DNA of 64,000 bases from Oligoflexia bacterium (lineage in GTDB: Bacteria; Bdellovibrionota; UBA1018), in contig CAVWVI010000003.1 of the NCBI GenBank assembly GCA_963758495.1, positions 1,619,875 to 1,683,874 of the forward strand, written 5' to 3'. Below are positions 1 to 14,350 of this stretch, piece by piece. The notes beneath the pieces were generated by a model. That model was not told the DNA's origin, searched no databases, and was given only the letters and a program-made list of their open reading frames with translations. The first letter of the stretch is position 1; every line of letters begins with the position of its first letter. Position numbers and translations under genes: made by a program.

Positions 1-2
1 AT

Positions 3-224
3 ATGCTGAATACCATTCTCAGAAGACCTAAATATCTTGAAACAACCAGTTTGGGTGCAGTATTTGCTGCAGGCTTAGGAGCAGGTTTGTGGACAGATCT
101 TGCTGATATTGAAAGGACTTGGAAGGAAGATCGGGCTTTTACTCCACAAATGAATGAAGAAGAGCGAAAATTATCGATGGCCCGTTGGCATCAAGCTGTT
201 GGGCGTGTGATTTATCGTGGCTAA
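3..224 (+). CDS. glpK: Glycerol kinase, C-terminal part (truncated by window edge)
   Basis: RPKYLETTSLGAVFAAGLGAGLW...FTPQM...W.QAV matches the FGGY/GlpK C-terminus; stop overlaps the radA GTG start. Confidence 0.85.
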   Translation: MLNTILRRPKYLETTSLGAVFAAGLGAGLWTDLADIERTWKEDRAFTPQMNEEERKLSMARWHQAVGRVIYRG

Positions 225-1686
225 AGTTAAAGTCCAATATTCTTGTCAGAATTGTGGTCATCTTTCCGCAAAATGGTTGGGAAAATGTTCATCTTGTGAA
301 GCATGGAACTCTTATGTGGAAGAAACAGCATTTGCCCCATCAGCCGGAAATGCACTTTCAGAGATGAGAGATGAATTCCGTGCCGCTCGAGAAGCTGCGC
401 TTGAGTCCACCGGCTTACATGGGGCTCTTATAACAGGGCAAACAGTGGATTGGGTCGATCTAGATCCAGAAGTTCTCCCAGGAGGGAGCACTTTAGAGCA
501 AGTGCCAAGGCTCTCTACCGGTATTTCGGAGTTAAACCGTGTCTTGGGTGGTGGATTACTGCGAGATAGTTTTACTTTATTGGGGGGAGATCCAGGTATT
601 GGTAAAAGTACCCTTTTACTTCAAATGGCAAAAGGTCTTCGAGAAGCAGAGGCTGACATTAAAATTTTTTATGTCAGTGGTGAAGAGTCAGTAGATCAAA
701 TTCGAGGAAGAGCACAACGCTTGGGTGTACGAGGGAAAGGTCATATTTTCTTTTCTGCTGAAACTCGGCTGGAAAGAGTATTTGCCTCGGTCAAAGAATT
801 GCATCCAGATGTCTTAATTATGGATTCCCTTCAGACTTTTTCCAGTGGTTTTGTTCAATCAGCACCTGGAAGTGTGAGCCAAGTTCGTGAAGTAGCCGCA
901 AGACTCATGGCATTAGCTAAATCAGCGGGAATTGCGGTCTGGCTAGTGGGCCATGTGACTAAAGAGGGAAATATTGCAGGCCCAAAAACAATTGAGCATA
1001 TGGTCGATACGGTTCTCTATTTTGAGGGCGAAGGTGGGCAGAGTTATCGCCTGCTAAGAACAGTGAAAAATCGTTTTGGAAGTACACGAGAGCTGGGTGT
1101 ATTTGAAATGAATGGAGAGGGTTTGAGAGAAGTAACTAATCCATCTTCTCTCTTTTTAAGTGAAAGAGAAACACCCGTTTCAGGAACCGCAGTTGCAGTA
1201 CCTTTAGAAGGTTCGCGGCCGTTACTGGTAGAGCTTCAGGCATTGGTGACTCCATCGGGTCTTGCACTTCCCCGTAGAACCTCTGTCGGAATTGATGGGA
1301 CTCGGGTTTCTCTTTTAGCTGCGATTTTAGAAAAACACATGAAGCTAAACCTAGCGGAGCAAGACCTTTTCTTTAATGTTGCAGGAGGATTACGCTTGAA
1401 CGAACCTGCTTGTGATTTAGCGGCGGCTGCGGCGATCTGGTCCAGTGCAGAGGAACGAACACTACCGAGTGATGCTGTTTTTATAGGTGAACTCGGTTTA
1501 ACAGGAGAAGTTCGTCGAGTAGCTCAAACTGACCTCAGAATTCAGGAAGCAAAAAGGCTTGGATTTAAGAAAATACTTTTACCTCAAAGCACACCTAAAA
1601 GTTCTTTGGAGGTCTTAATGGGAGATGCAAGCATTAAGGTTACATTTTTGTCTAGGATTGATGAATTACCAAAAATATTTCGTTGA
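217..1686 (+). CDS. radA: DNA repair protein RadA/Sms
   Basis: N-terminal C4 zinc finger (CQNCG...CSSC), Walker A GDPGIGKS, KNRFG motif, Lon-like C-terminal domain. Confidence 0.97.
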   Translation: MAKVKVQYSCQNCGHLSAKWLGKCSSCEAWNSYVEETAFAPSAGNALSEMRDEFRAAREAALESTGLHGALITGQTVDWVDLDPEVLPGGSTLEQVPRLSTGISELNRVLGGGLLRDSFTLLGGDPGIGKSTLLLQMAKGLREAEADIKIFYVSGEESVDQIRGRAQRLGVRGKGHIFFSAETRLERVFASVKELHPDVLIMDSLQTFSSGFVQSAPGSVSQVREVAARLMALAKSAGIAVWLVGHVTKEGNIAGPKTIEHMVDTVLYFEGEGGQSYRLLRTVKNRFGSTRELGVFEMNGEGLREVTNPSSLFLSERETPVSGTAVAVPLEGSRPLLVELQALVTPSGLALPRRTSVGIDGTRVSLLAAILEKHMKLNLAEQDLFFNVAGGLRLNEPACDLAAAAAIWSSAEERTLPSDAVFIGELGLTGEVRRVAQTDLRIQEAKRLGFKKILLPQSTPKSSLEVLMGDASIKVTFLSRIDELPKIFR

Positions 1687-1746
1687 TAATTCAATAACTT
1701 AATAGAAAACTCGATTTTTCTTCCGAATCCCTGATAAAATTTAGGT

Positions 1747-5773
<4,027 letters not shown>

Positions 5774-5974
5774 TCAATGTTTTCAGCTCAGCAATTTCTT
5801 CTTGAGCTTTTTGCAGATCTTTCGCTAACTTGTGAAGTTCTGCCTGTAATGAGTTGGACTGATTTAAAGGACTGGAATTGCTTGATCGTCCCACCTCTGA
5901 TGTGTTTATTCTCGTTTTGGTCATAAGTATGTAATCAATTGTATTTCCATGAGCTTTAAATTCAAGTAATCTTA

Positions 5975-7276
5975 TTGTCTATGGTGGTTCATTCAAAGAC
6001 CCCCGAAGATCGGATACAGATTGGCTCAAAACGAAAAATTGCTTTCGTTTGTAGTGGTGGCGCGACTAAAGCTGGAGCTTTTCACTTAGGTGTAGCGTTA
6101 GCCCTGCAGGAACAAGGTTTTAAGTTTTACGGCGGTACTGCTCCAGTTTCGGGATTGCGTCCAGTTCCTGGGCCAATGGAAATATCGACTTATGTAGGCT
6201 CAAGTGCAGGATCTATTATTTCATCGTACTTGGCTGCAGGGTATTCATTGGATAATATCTTTAACTCGTTTCTAGGTCGGCGGCCGCAAGACAGTGATGT
6301 GGCAGATTTAACTCCAAAAATTCTGCCCAGACTCACCTATCAAAAGATGTTCAAACTCAAGCCAAGTTTGAAAAAATATCAAATCAGTCAATTAATTAAA
6401 TTACGCAGATCTTTTTTTGATATTATTGAAGGCAATTGGGAATCTCTTGTTCAATTTAAGTGGCTTAAAGCGACTGGAATTTTTTCTACTTCAGGAATTG
6501 AGCAATATATGAGGGAAGAGGTACTCCCTTCGAATCGTTTTCACGACTATTTAGCCGATCTTTTTATTGTGGCTACTCAATTGAATCATTCCCGCAAGGT
6601 TGTATTTGGAAAATATAGTTATCAGCCGCCTCCTAATGACTTAACGTGTCAATATAACAATGATGTAGGAATTGCAGATGCATGTGCAGCAAGCACAGCT
6701 TTACCTGTAATTTTTTCACCTCATGCCATTAAAAATTCGAATAACCAATTGACTCATTATATTGATGGAGAAATTAGAGATACCTTATCAACCCATGTGG
6801 CAGTTGACGGGGGAGCAGATTTAATCATAGCGAGTCACACTCATCAGCCCTATCATGTTATACGTGAGCTTGATTCATTGATGAATCACGGATTGGCGGC
6901 TATTGCCATTCAGTCTATCTATTTATTGATCGAGCAGAAAATCAACAACCACATCTATAATAAACAAGCTAATCGAAATGCAATAGATGCTGTTTCTGAA
7001 TATTGCAAAAATCAAGGAATTTCTGAACAACATCGGCTCCGCATCTGTCACATTCTTGAAGCACAATTACATCATCGAATGGATGTAGATACGATTTATA
7101 TTCATCCCAAAGCGACCGATAAACAGCTTTTTTTTGGTGAACACTTCACTCTTTCTCCAAAGAAAATGACGGAGACAGTAAGAAGTGGCTTTCGAGCTGC
7201 AATTGAAACATTGAGAAGGTATGACTTTTTGGATCGAGAAAAGACACATGCTATTGGAATGACTGAAACGCTTTAA
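5975..7276 (+). CDS. Patatin-like phospholipase
   Basis: SGGATKAG glycine motif, GSSAG nucleophile, DGE (DGG-like) motif. Confidence 0.9.
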   Translation: MSMVVHSKTPEDRIQIGSKRKIAFVCSGGATKAGAFHLGVALALQEQGFKFYGGTAPVSGLRPVPGPMEISTYVGSSAGSIISSYLAAGYSLDNIFNSFLGRRPQDSDVADLTPKILPRLTYQKMFKLKPSLKKYQISQLIKLRRSFFDIIEGNWESLVQFKWLKATGIFSTSGIEQYMREEVLPSNRFHDYLADLFIVATQLNHSRKVVFGKYSYQPPPNDLTCQYNNDVGIADACAASTALPVIFSPHAIKNSNNQLTHYIDGEIRDTLSTHVAVDGGADLIIASHTHQPYHVIRELDSLMNHGLAAIAIQSIYLLIEQKINNHIYNKQANRNAIDAVSEYCKNQGISEQHRLRICHILEAQLHHRMDVDTIYIHPKATDKQLFFGEHFTLSPKKMTETVRSGFRAAIETLRRYDFLDREKTHAIGMTETL

Positions 7277-7524
7277 TGAGTAACGCGATGTTGTTCGTCA
7301 AATAAATCTGGATTGTGTTCTTGGAAGGAGTGAAAAAGTGACACGAGTGCCAAGTTTCCTAAGCTGCCGGCAATTTTAGTTGCTCCTCGGCTTAACCATT
7401 CCCAGCGTCCTGATCCAATCATAAATCCCAGGATTAATGCACCTGCACCAATGACGAGCGGATCAGAAAAGCCACGATTTTTTAAAGAGTAAGGCTGATT
7501 CACCTTTTGATTTTCCACTTCCAT
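7273..7524 (-). CDS. Small membrane hypothetical protein
   Basis: 83 aa with hydrophobic segment PLVIGAGALILGFMIG; AGGAG RBS upstream. Confidence 0.65.
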   Translation of the reverse strand: MEVENQKVNQPYSLKNRGFSDPLVIGAGALILGFMIGSGRWEWLSRGATKIAGSLGNLALVSLFHSFQEHNPDLFDEQHRVTH

Positions 7525-7635
7525 AATCTCATTTCTCCTTGCCGATCAATTTGGATCTTACAATGCTTGTGCCATAGTTTTAGGTGGCATAGGCGTTGCT
7601 TTCAGTTGTTTTTCTGAATGATAGGAGACTTATTT

Positions 7636-7884
7636 ATGGCTGAACGAATGAATACATTTCAAAATGACTCAAAAAGTAGCAGAGCGGACATGCTTTCAGA
7701 TGCCACTGCTCAAATGCAAGAGGACATTGAGCAGCTGGTTGAAGGGTTTGATTTAAAGGCTATTGCAAAAAGAGTTGAGGAGTTTGGGCGTGAAAACCCA
7801 GTAGGTCTTGCATTGACGGCACTTACTCTGGGTGTTGCTGTTGGAATCCTGATGCATAACCCAAGACGTCTATTGAATCGGTGA
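7636..7884 (+). CDS. ElaB/YqjD (DUF883)-like tail-anchored protein
   Basis: C-terminal RENPVGLALTALTLGVAVGILM anchor; AGGAG at ~7623 favours the ATG at 7636. Confidence 0.65.
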   Translation: MAERMNTFQNDSKSSRADMLSDATAQMQEDIEQLVEGFDLKAIAKRVEEFGRENPVGLALTALTLGVAVGILMHNPRRLLNR

Positions 7885-7892
7885 TACGGTTT

Positions 7893-8828
7893 TTATAAAT
7901 TCATAAAAATTTCATTGATGTCTGGGACTTTGTTAATAACTTCGACGCTCTTTAGTTGATCTGCAAGAGACTTCCAGCGATCTTTCAGCATAATTCCTAA
8001 CCCTAGCTTCCTAGACTCTTCTGTTAAAATGAATTTTTTTTGTAACTTAGCACTCTCATTAAAAATATGGATATCCATTGAAGGGTTTAATTTATTCATG
8101 AATTCATTCGTATTTTCTGGATTATTTACGTACAGATTCCAACCTTCGCGGACTGCTTGTACCATGGACTTCGTGGTTTCTAAGTTCTTTTCAATAAATA
8201 CTTTTCTGGCAATCAGGACAGACATATAGGGGTTGAAGCCTTCACTTGAAACTAGAAAATTTGAACTCTCTTTACCTTGTTTTACTACTAAAAGTGGCTC
8301 AGAAGTGATGAGCCCCTGTTGAGAAAGTGTAGGGTTATGTAAAAAATTTGCAATCCCACCGAGATGAGGGACAATCGTTGCTTTGATGGGCCCCAGCTTT
8401 TTTTTAAGAAAAAGAAAAAATGGAAGTCCGCTTTGAAGCTCCAGTGTATCTTTAGACTTCAGAATGTCTTGAATCGATTTAAAATTTTGTGAGGGGTGGG
8501 ACATAATGACTAGGGGACTATTTTGATAAATAGCAAAAAGGGCGACAAGGTCGGTTCCATGAGAGCGGGAAACTAAAAGCTCTTCCGCACTAGCAATACC
8601 AAATTCAGCTTGCCCGGCTGCCACCATTTGTACGGTCGGTGTGCCAGATCCTCCCGGAATAATTTTGACATCTAGAGATTTTTTATTAAATAAACTATTA
8701 ATTTGGGCAGTATAAAATCCACCAAATTGTGGTTCAGGTTTCCAATTGAGTACTAAATGTATTGGCTTTGCATAGGCTTGACTCAAGTAAAATAAACCTA
8801 CCAAAAGAGATAAAATGATTTTTTTCAT
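7893..8828 (-). CDS. ABC transporter substrate-binding protein, NMT1/THI5 family
   Basis: Signal peptide, LNWKPEPQFGGFY motif, G.AEFGIA; no permease gene adjacent. Confidence 0.85.
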   Translation of the reverse strand: MKKIILSLLVGLFYLSQAYAKPIHLVLNWKPEPQFGGFYTAQINSLFNKKSLDVKIIPGGSGTPTVQMVAAGQAEFGIASAEELLVSRSHGTDLVALFAIYQNSPLVIMSHPSQNFKSIQDILKSKDTLELQSGLPFFLFLKKKLGPIKATIVPHLGGIANFLHNPTLSQQGLITSEPLLVVKQGKESSNFLVSSEGFNPYMSVLIARKVFIEKNLETTKSMVQAVREGWNLYVNNPENTNEFMNKLNPSMDIHIFNESAKLQKKFILTEESRKLGLGIMLKDRWKSLADQLKSVEVINKVPDINEIFMNL

Positions 8829-8993
8829 TTAAAAATGATCCAATCTTTATTTCATAATTAATTTGTTCAGACCCATGCCGTCGTCTACAATAATAGCCAA
8901 TTCAAGTAATAAATTCTAATTGAATCGTGTCTATTTGTAAGTAGTTCCATTTATTTTTAGTGCGCAGATCACGTATAAGGTAAGCTAGTTCTT

Positions 8994-10031
8994 ATGGAAA
9001 CCTGTTCATTTTCAAATCTATCCCTTCCTTTTTCCTCGTCTTTGAGGGAAGCGAATCGCGAACTTTGGTTATCTATAAGTTTTGAATTGGCTGAAGAAAA
9101 GATGAAACAAATCAAAAAAAACCCAAAACCCACTTTTAATCTCAGCACCGTGATCGAAGAGGTTTATTTTTGTTGGTTGGAGCTTCTTTCTCAAGATCTG
9201 GATGAAAAGGTACCCGTGATTTCCCAATGTAAAAACTTAAGCACTTACATTTTCAAATTTATCCTTTTTCTACAAAAAAAGTCGTCTAAATATCGAAAAA
9301 TCTCAAAAATTTCATTTTTATTCACTCATACAAACTCGGATTGCAATGAGTATTTAAAAGACCCAAAAATACTTTCAAAAAAGGACGTCGTCTTTTTTCA
9401 AAGCAAACCCATCTTTATGAGTCAAGAAAAAGAAGTGATCTCAAATCCGCTCTATGGAGATGCTTCTCAGATTCAAAATTTCTGGAGTTCTTACGTTCTG
9501 AAAGATGAAGATCAATCGCTCAAGCTGCCTTTAGTGATTGATTTTCCAGGCACCTATTCTGGACAAACAGTCCGTTTGACGCTTGGACAAAGGAGTTATT
9601 ATTCACTTCCCAACTCTGTATTGATATTTGCCTTCAATAAGGACCAGCAACTCTTGCTTGTTCATCATAAGCAGCGTGGCTGGGAGTTGCCCGGAGGTAA
9701 AATTGAGCCTGGAGAATCCGCTGAAAATGCAATCATTCGAGAAGTTCGCGAAGAAAGTGGTGTAATTATTGAAAAAGTTGAGCCTCTTGCGCAATACGAA
9801 ATAATAAAAAGCGATTTATCTGATTTGAACCCGCAAACTACAAAGCGTATTTATTTCGCTCAAACTCATCAAGAAGCACTCATTACGGGAGAGGATACTG
9901 ATGGTCGCCGTTTTTGTACCCCTCCCCTGCCGGAAGATGTCTACTTTGGAATAGAAAGTGAATGCTATAGCCTACTACTTAAAGACAATGTCTATAACAT
10001 TGGCTTAAAACTCGCTTTAACTCAAATGTAA
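8994..10031 (+). CDS. NUDIX hydrolase (YtkD-like C-terminal domain) with uncharacterised N-terminal extension
   Basis: Nudix box [23 protein letters not shown] preceded by HKQRGWELP; true start uncertain. Confidence 0.8.
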   Translation: METCSFSNLSLPFSSSLREANRELWLSISFELAEEKMKQIKKNPKPTFNLSTVIEEVYFCWLELLSQDLDEKVPVISQCKNLSTYIFKFILFLQKKSSKYRKISKISFLFTHTNSDCNEYLKDPKILSKKDVVFFQSKPIFMSQEKEVISNPLYGDASQIQNFWSSYVLKDEDQSLKLPLVIDFPGTYSGQTVRLTLGQRSYYSLPNSVLIFAFNKDQQLLLVHHKQRGWELPGGKIEPGESAENAIIREVREESGVIIEKVEPLAQYEIIKSDLSDLNPQTTKRIYFAQTHQEALITGEDTDGRRFCTPPLPEDVYFGIESECYSLLLKDNVYNIGLKLALTQM

Positions 10032-10415
10032 CTTCACTGCTCCTTGCTCTTCATTTTCCATATTTAAAATAGCAATCATTACTGAAACAAGCTGAATTGT
10101 AGGGTTTTTCTGGCAGAATTGCTTTTGCAGTAAGGCGTTGAGTTTTTGATAAAAAAACTCACTTAAAGTCTCACAAGTGGGAAACTCTCGCACGTTAGCG
10201 CTCACTTTTGAGTTGTCATTCAAGTAAGTCGTGCTCAACTCGTCAACCAAAAGCTGAATCTGATTTCTTAAAATGGGTATATCGGCGATTCGGCCCTCTA
10301 TAGGCTGTCCCGTTAAACTGACCTCTAAACGCCAAAGATGGGGGTGTGGTATTTCATAGTCCGTTAAAGAATGAGAGGCTTCAAATCCAAATTTAAGAAT
10401 GAGTTCTGTTTTCAT
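10017..10415 (-). CDS. 6-pyruvoyl-tetrahydropterin synthase/QueD-family protein
   Basis: FEASH...HPH metal ligands, YLND and PTCE (PT.E) motifs. Confidence 0.8.
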   Translation of the reverse strand: MKTELILKFGFEASHSLTDYEIPHPHLWRLEVSLTGQPIEGRIADIPILRNQIQLLVDELSTTYLNDNSKVSANVREFPTCETLSEFFYQKLNALLQKQFCQKNPTIQLVSVMIAILNMENEEQGAVKLHLS

Positions 10416-10428
10416 AAATAAAAATCAA

Positions 10429-10941
10429 CTAGTTTTTAATGGTTCTCGGGCGCCAAACGAAAGTCACACTATATCCAGGGATTTCTTCAATAGTCACTTC
10501 GACATCAAATACTCTTCTTTTTACTAAGTCCTGATCCAAATGACTGACAAAGCGATGACAAAATGTGGAAGCCAAAGCTTCTACACTGATGTTGCCTGTC
10601 TCTAAAAATACCACTTCATCAGTAGGAAGGACATAATGTTTCTTGCAAAGATAGAGTTCTATTTCATCCTCAGTTTTGGATATGATTTTCAAAAAAGAGC
10701 TTTTAGCAGGTAAAAGGAGCTTTTCATTCCACTCCTTACAAACTTTCACAATAGAGTTTTTAAAATATTCAAAAGGGATTACTTCATCGGGTGATGAGTC
10801 ATCAAGTCCTATAGAGACTTTTACCACAAAAGTATGTCCATGAATAGTTTCCTTGGCCCCATCTCCGTAGATGGTCATGTGCCCTGAAGAGAAATGGAGA
10901 GATTGATCTGTGATATTAATCCTATACATGAGTTGGCTCAT
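10429..10941 (-). CDS. PTPS/QueD-family protein, PTPS-III-like (E-x-I-H-G-H)
   Basis: FSSGH...ETIHGHTF, S.E.LA and EEIPG motifs; long-form insertion. Confidence 0.8.
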   Translation of the reverse strand: MSQLMYRINITDQSLHFSSGHMTIYGDGAKETIHGHTFVVKVSIGLDDSSPDEVIPFEYFKNSIVKVCKEWNEKLLLPAKSSFLKIISKTEDEIELYLCKKHYVLPTDEVVFLETGNISVEALASTFCHRFVSHLDQDLVKRRVFDVEVTIEEIPGYSVTFVWRPRTIKN

Positions 10942-11015
10942 AACGGAGTATCTACCAAAGCCTTAGGGAAAAATCCACCCCTCAAGTAATTCTCATTTTT
11001 ACCGACAAGAAGAAT

Positions 11016-11765
11016 ATGAGTCAGGTTTACGTGATTTTATTGGCAATAGCAGCGTTATTAATTTCTTCTATTGGGGCTATTTTTTCTATTGCCGGTTTGG
11101 CAAAGCTTTTTTCTGGAGCTTCGGTTTCTGTTACATTTATGGCGAGCTCTTTGGAGTTTGGCAAGATTATAGTCGCTGGATTTCTCTATCGATATTGGAT
11201 TCATACTAATAGGGTAATGAAATACTATTTAACCATTGCTCTCATGGTTTTGATGTGTATCACCAGTATAGGAATTTTCGGCTTTCTTTCAAATGCTTAT
11301 CAAAAGTCTTCTCATGATTTGAAATTATCTCAACTCAAGATAAGAATGATGGATACTGAAAATTTGAAAGTTTTAGAAGAAATTAAAGGCATTGAAAAAT
11401 TTATCTCAGAAGTTCCTCAAAATCGGATTTCAAAAAAGTTTGAACTTCAAAAAGAATCCGAACCCCGCATTCAACAACTTCGTCAACGTTCACATGATTT
11501 ATTGACTGAGATGGGCAAAGTAAATCTTGAAATTTTAAATACTCAGACCAAAGTTGGACCTTTGATTTATGTGGCTGACTCATTACGTATAGATGTGGAT
11601 ACAGTAGCAAAATATTTGATTCTTACGATTGTAATGGTTTTCGATCCCTTTGCTATTTGTCTAGTTTTCGCGTGGAGTCTCGCATCCCATTTAAATGAGA
11701 AGGAGCGTGCGAATGAGAGACTCATTGCTAGTCAAATCGTCGATAAGCCTATCGATTATGTTTAG
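11016..11765 (+). CDS. Membrane protein with three N-terminal TM helices, coiled coil and C-terminal TM (DUF4407-like)
   Basis: FSIAGLAKLFSGA...SLEFGK...TSIGIFGFLS...VGPL.Y...VFDP pattern. Confidence 0.6.
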   Translation: MSQVYVILLAIAALLISSIGAIFSIAGLAKLFSGASVSVTFMASSLEFGKIIVAGFLYRYWIHTNRVMKYYLTIALMVLMCITSIGIFGFLSNAYQKSSHDLKLSQLKIRMMDTENLKVLEEIKGIEKFISEVPQNRISKKFELQKESEPRIQQLRQRSHDLLTEMGKVNLEILNTQTKVGPLIYVADSLRIDVDTVAKYLILTIVMVFDPFAICLVFAWSLASHLNEKERANERLIASQIVDKPIDYV

Positions 11766-11770
11766 CTTTT

Positions 11771-12730
11771 ATGAAGAAATTCGAGCATAGGTTTTCCTGG
11801 GGCACTCAGTGGATTCAAAATAATGGTTACTATCTTGGGCTAATTTTCGTGAGTTTCCTGGTTTACCAGGCTCGTCGGACTTCACAGGTGTCTGAGCGTA
11901 TTGTATTTATTTTTTATCTAGGATTCATGGTGTGGAGTTCTATTAAGAAAGCAAGAACAGAAGCACTTTTAAAGCAGAGCGAACGAATGAATCAGGCCGC
12001 AGAGAAAGCGAGTCAAGCAAAATCCATTTTTCTTGCTCATATGTCTCATGAAATTCGAACTCCCATGCACGGGATTATGAGTTTTGCCAAGTTTGGCCAG
12101 AAAAAGATTGGAGTTGTCTCAAATGAAAAAATTAAATCTTACTTCAATGAAATTTACGACAGTGGAGCACGATTGATGTCCCTTCTTAATGACCTTCTCG
12201 ATTTGTCGAAGCTTGAGGCAGGAAAATTTATATATGTAATGAAAGACAACGATTTAATGGAGATTGTTGTAACGGTGAGTTCCGAGATACAGGCTTTTGT
12301 CGAAGAAAAAGGACTTAAGCTTGAGACCGTGAGTCAAACTTCAAAAATTGTAGGATTTTTCGATTCTGAACGTATTATGCAAGTGATGAGAAATCTTCTT
12401 TCCAATGCGATTAAATTCTCAGAAAAAGGGACTACTATTCAAATTAGGTTAACGCAGTCAGTGACAAGCATCAGTTGTCAAGTGCTCAATCAAGGGGTAT
12501 TTATCCCACAATCAGAATTGGAATCTATTTTTAATAAATTTGTACAGAGTAGCCAAACAAGACTTGGGGCAGGGGGTACTGGCCTAGGTCTTGCCATTTG
12601 TAAGGACATTATTCAGCAACAGCATGGAAAAATTTGGGCAGAAAGCAAGTTGAGTGGAGAAACGAAATTCATATTTGAGCTGCCGAGAGCAGCGATTAAG
12701 GCGGATTCATCAGAAGAAGTGAAAGTATAA
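11771..12730 (+). CDS. Sensor histidine kinase (HisKA + HATPase_c) with minimal two-TM sensor
   Basis: MSHEIRTPM H-box, NLLSNAIKF N-box, GGTGLGLAI G2-box. Confidence 0.92.
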   Translation: MKKFEHRFSWGTQWIQNNGYYLGLIFVSFLVYQARRTSQVSERIVFIFYLGFMVWSSIKKARTEALLKQSERMNQAAEKASQAKSIFLAHMSHEIRTPMHGIMSFAKFGQKKIGVVSNEKIKSYFNEIYDSGARLMSLLNDLLDLSKLEAGKFIYVMKDNDLMEIVVTVSSEIQAFVEEKGLKLETVSQTSKIVGFFDSERIMQVMRNLLSNAIKFSEKGTTIQIRLTQSVTSISCQVLNQGVFIPQSELESIFNKFVQSSQTRLGAGGTGLGLAICKDIIQQQHGKIWAESKLSGETKFIFELPRAAIKADSSEEVKV

Positions 12731-12749
12731 AACAAGCCTTACCTTTAAT

Positions 12750-14321
12750 TTAATGTGCACTGACTTGAGTATTCACTCGCTTTTGCATCTTCATCATAAA
12801 AACGGGAACGGTCATACCCACTACAATGAATAGGATGATCCAGCAAAGCTGGTTAAAGCTCATAATGAAGGTTTGTTGCATCACGCGCCCCCACATGGAC
12901 TTGATGGCAAGCGTTTGGGGGTCACCCATTCCGATACTTCCTTTCAAGCTTGCGCTGGAAACTCCTGCAGCGATACTTGTGAAATCATGGTATCCACTTC
13001 GAGTGAGAACTGACAGTTTCGGCATTAGATCGACATAGTTTTGCTTCCCTAGGCGGGTCAAAAGTGTTGAAAGCGCGGCAATTCCGATGCTGCCTCCAGT
13101 CTGACGAAAAAAGCTCATGATTCCTGCTACCTGTTCCAGTTGTTCCCCTCTAAACTGTCCCATGACAACGCCTGAGATCGGAATGAAAAGTAACCCTGTG
13201 GCGACTCCCCGAATGATAAGTGGAACTATAAGATCTTGGGCACCTGTTTGGGTTGTGAATTGGCTCATCATGAACAGGGCGGTCGTTGCGAGAATAATGC
13301 CAGTGATAATGATAGAGCGAGGATGAAGGTATTTGGATAAAACACCGACTGCCATCATGGAGAATGCTGTGGCGATGGAGCCGGGAATGAAAAGTTTCCC
13401 CGTCTGAGTTGCCGTCATATGAATTATATTATTAACAAAAATCGGGACGACAAAAGTGAGCGCATAAAGCATCAATCCAAGTGCAAGCATGAGGATTGCG
13501 CCGGCTCTGACTACATTCGATTTAAAAAGTCGAAGATTCATGATGGGATGGCTGACGTGAAGTTCCCAGAAGATAAAGCCCACCACGCCAATCATAGCCA
13601 GGAAGGCCGTCACTCGGATGGCGTTGGAATCCATCCAGCCTTCGGTTTGTCCACGTTCCAAGATGAATTGAAAACAACCGACTCCTAAAGAAAGAAGTGC
13701 AAAGCCCCCCCAATCAATTTTGCTTCTGGCGGATAGTGTCTCGGTTTGTAGGTCTGTATTGGATTTCACTTGATCTACATACAAATAAGAAAGAAGTGAA
13801 GCGATCAATCCAATGGGCACGTTGACGTTGAAAATAGATCTCCATCCCAAGTTATCCGTAAGGTAGCCGCCAATGACTGGACCTAGTGCGGGTCCAACCA
13901 TGACACCCATGCCGAAGATGGCCATTGCAAGTGTCGCTTTTTCTTTTGGAAATTGCTCTTGAATGAGTGTTTGCGAAGTAGGAAGAAGGGCTCCTCCGGC
14001 AAGTCCCTGGATGACACGAAATAGAATCAGAATAGGGAGATTGGGGGCTAACCCACAGGCCAATGACGAGAGTGTAAAGAGGAGAATCGCGCCTGTGAAG
14101 TACTGTTTACGCCCCATTCGCGCTCCAAACCAAGCGGCAACCGGAAGAATGATGGAATTTGCAATCATGTAGGCAGTAGAAACCCAACTGATCTCATCTA
14201 AAGTTACCCCTAAATTTCCCATCATCGTAGGAATTGCTACATTGACGATGGATGTGTCGATGATTTCTAGTAGAGAAGCAAGGACTGCTATGATGATGAT
14301 GAGTATGGATTGAGTACTCAT
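12750..14321 (-). CDS. emrB: DHA2/EmrB-QacA family MFS efflux permease
   Basis: DTSIVNVAIP, GPALGPVIGG, WRSIFNVNVPIG motifs; many TM helices. Confidence 0.92.
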   Translation of the reverse strand: MSTQSILIIIIAVLASLLEIIDTSIVNVAIPTMMGNLGVTLDEISWVSTAYMIANSIILPVAAWFGARMGRKQYFTGAILLFTLSSLACGLAPNLPILILFRVIQGLAGGALLPTSQTLIQEQFPKEKATLAMAIFGMGVMVGPALGPVIGGYLTDNLGWRSIFNVNVPIGLIASLLSYLYVDQVKSNTDLQTETLSARSKIDWGGFALLSLGVGCFQFILERGQTEGWMDSNAIRVTAFLAMIGVVGFIFWELHVSHPIMNLRLFKSNVVRAGAILMLALGLMLYALTFVVPIFVNNIIHMTATQTGKLFIPGSIATAFSMMAVGVLSKYLHPRSIIITGIILATTALFMMSQFTTQTGAQDLIVPLIIRGVATGLLFIPISGVVMGQFRGEQLEQVAGIMSFFRQTGGSIGIAALSTLLTRLGKQNYVDLMPKLSVLTRSGYHDFTSIAAGVSSASLKGSIGMGDPQTLAIKSMWGRVMQQTFIMSFNQLCWIILFIVVGMTVPVFMMKMQKRVNTQVSAH

Positions 14322-14350
14322 GGTTTGTCCCTTCCTCGTTTAGGCCTTCT

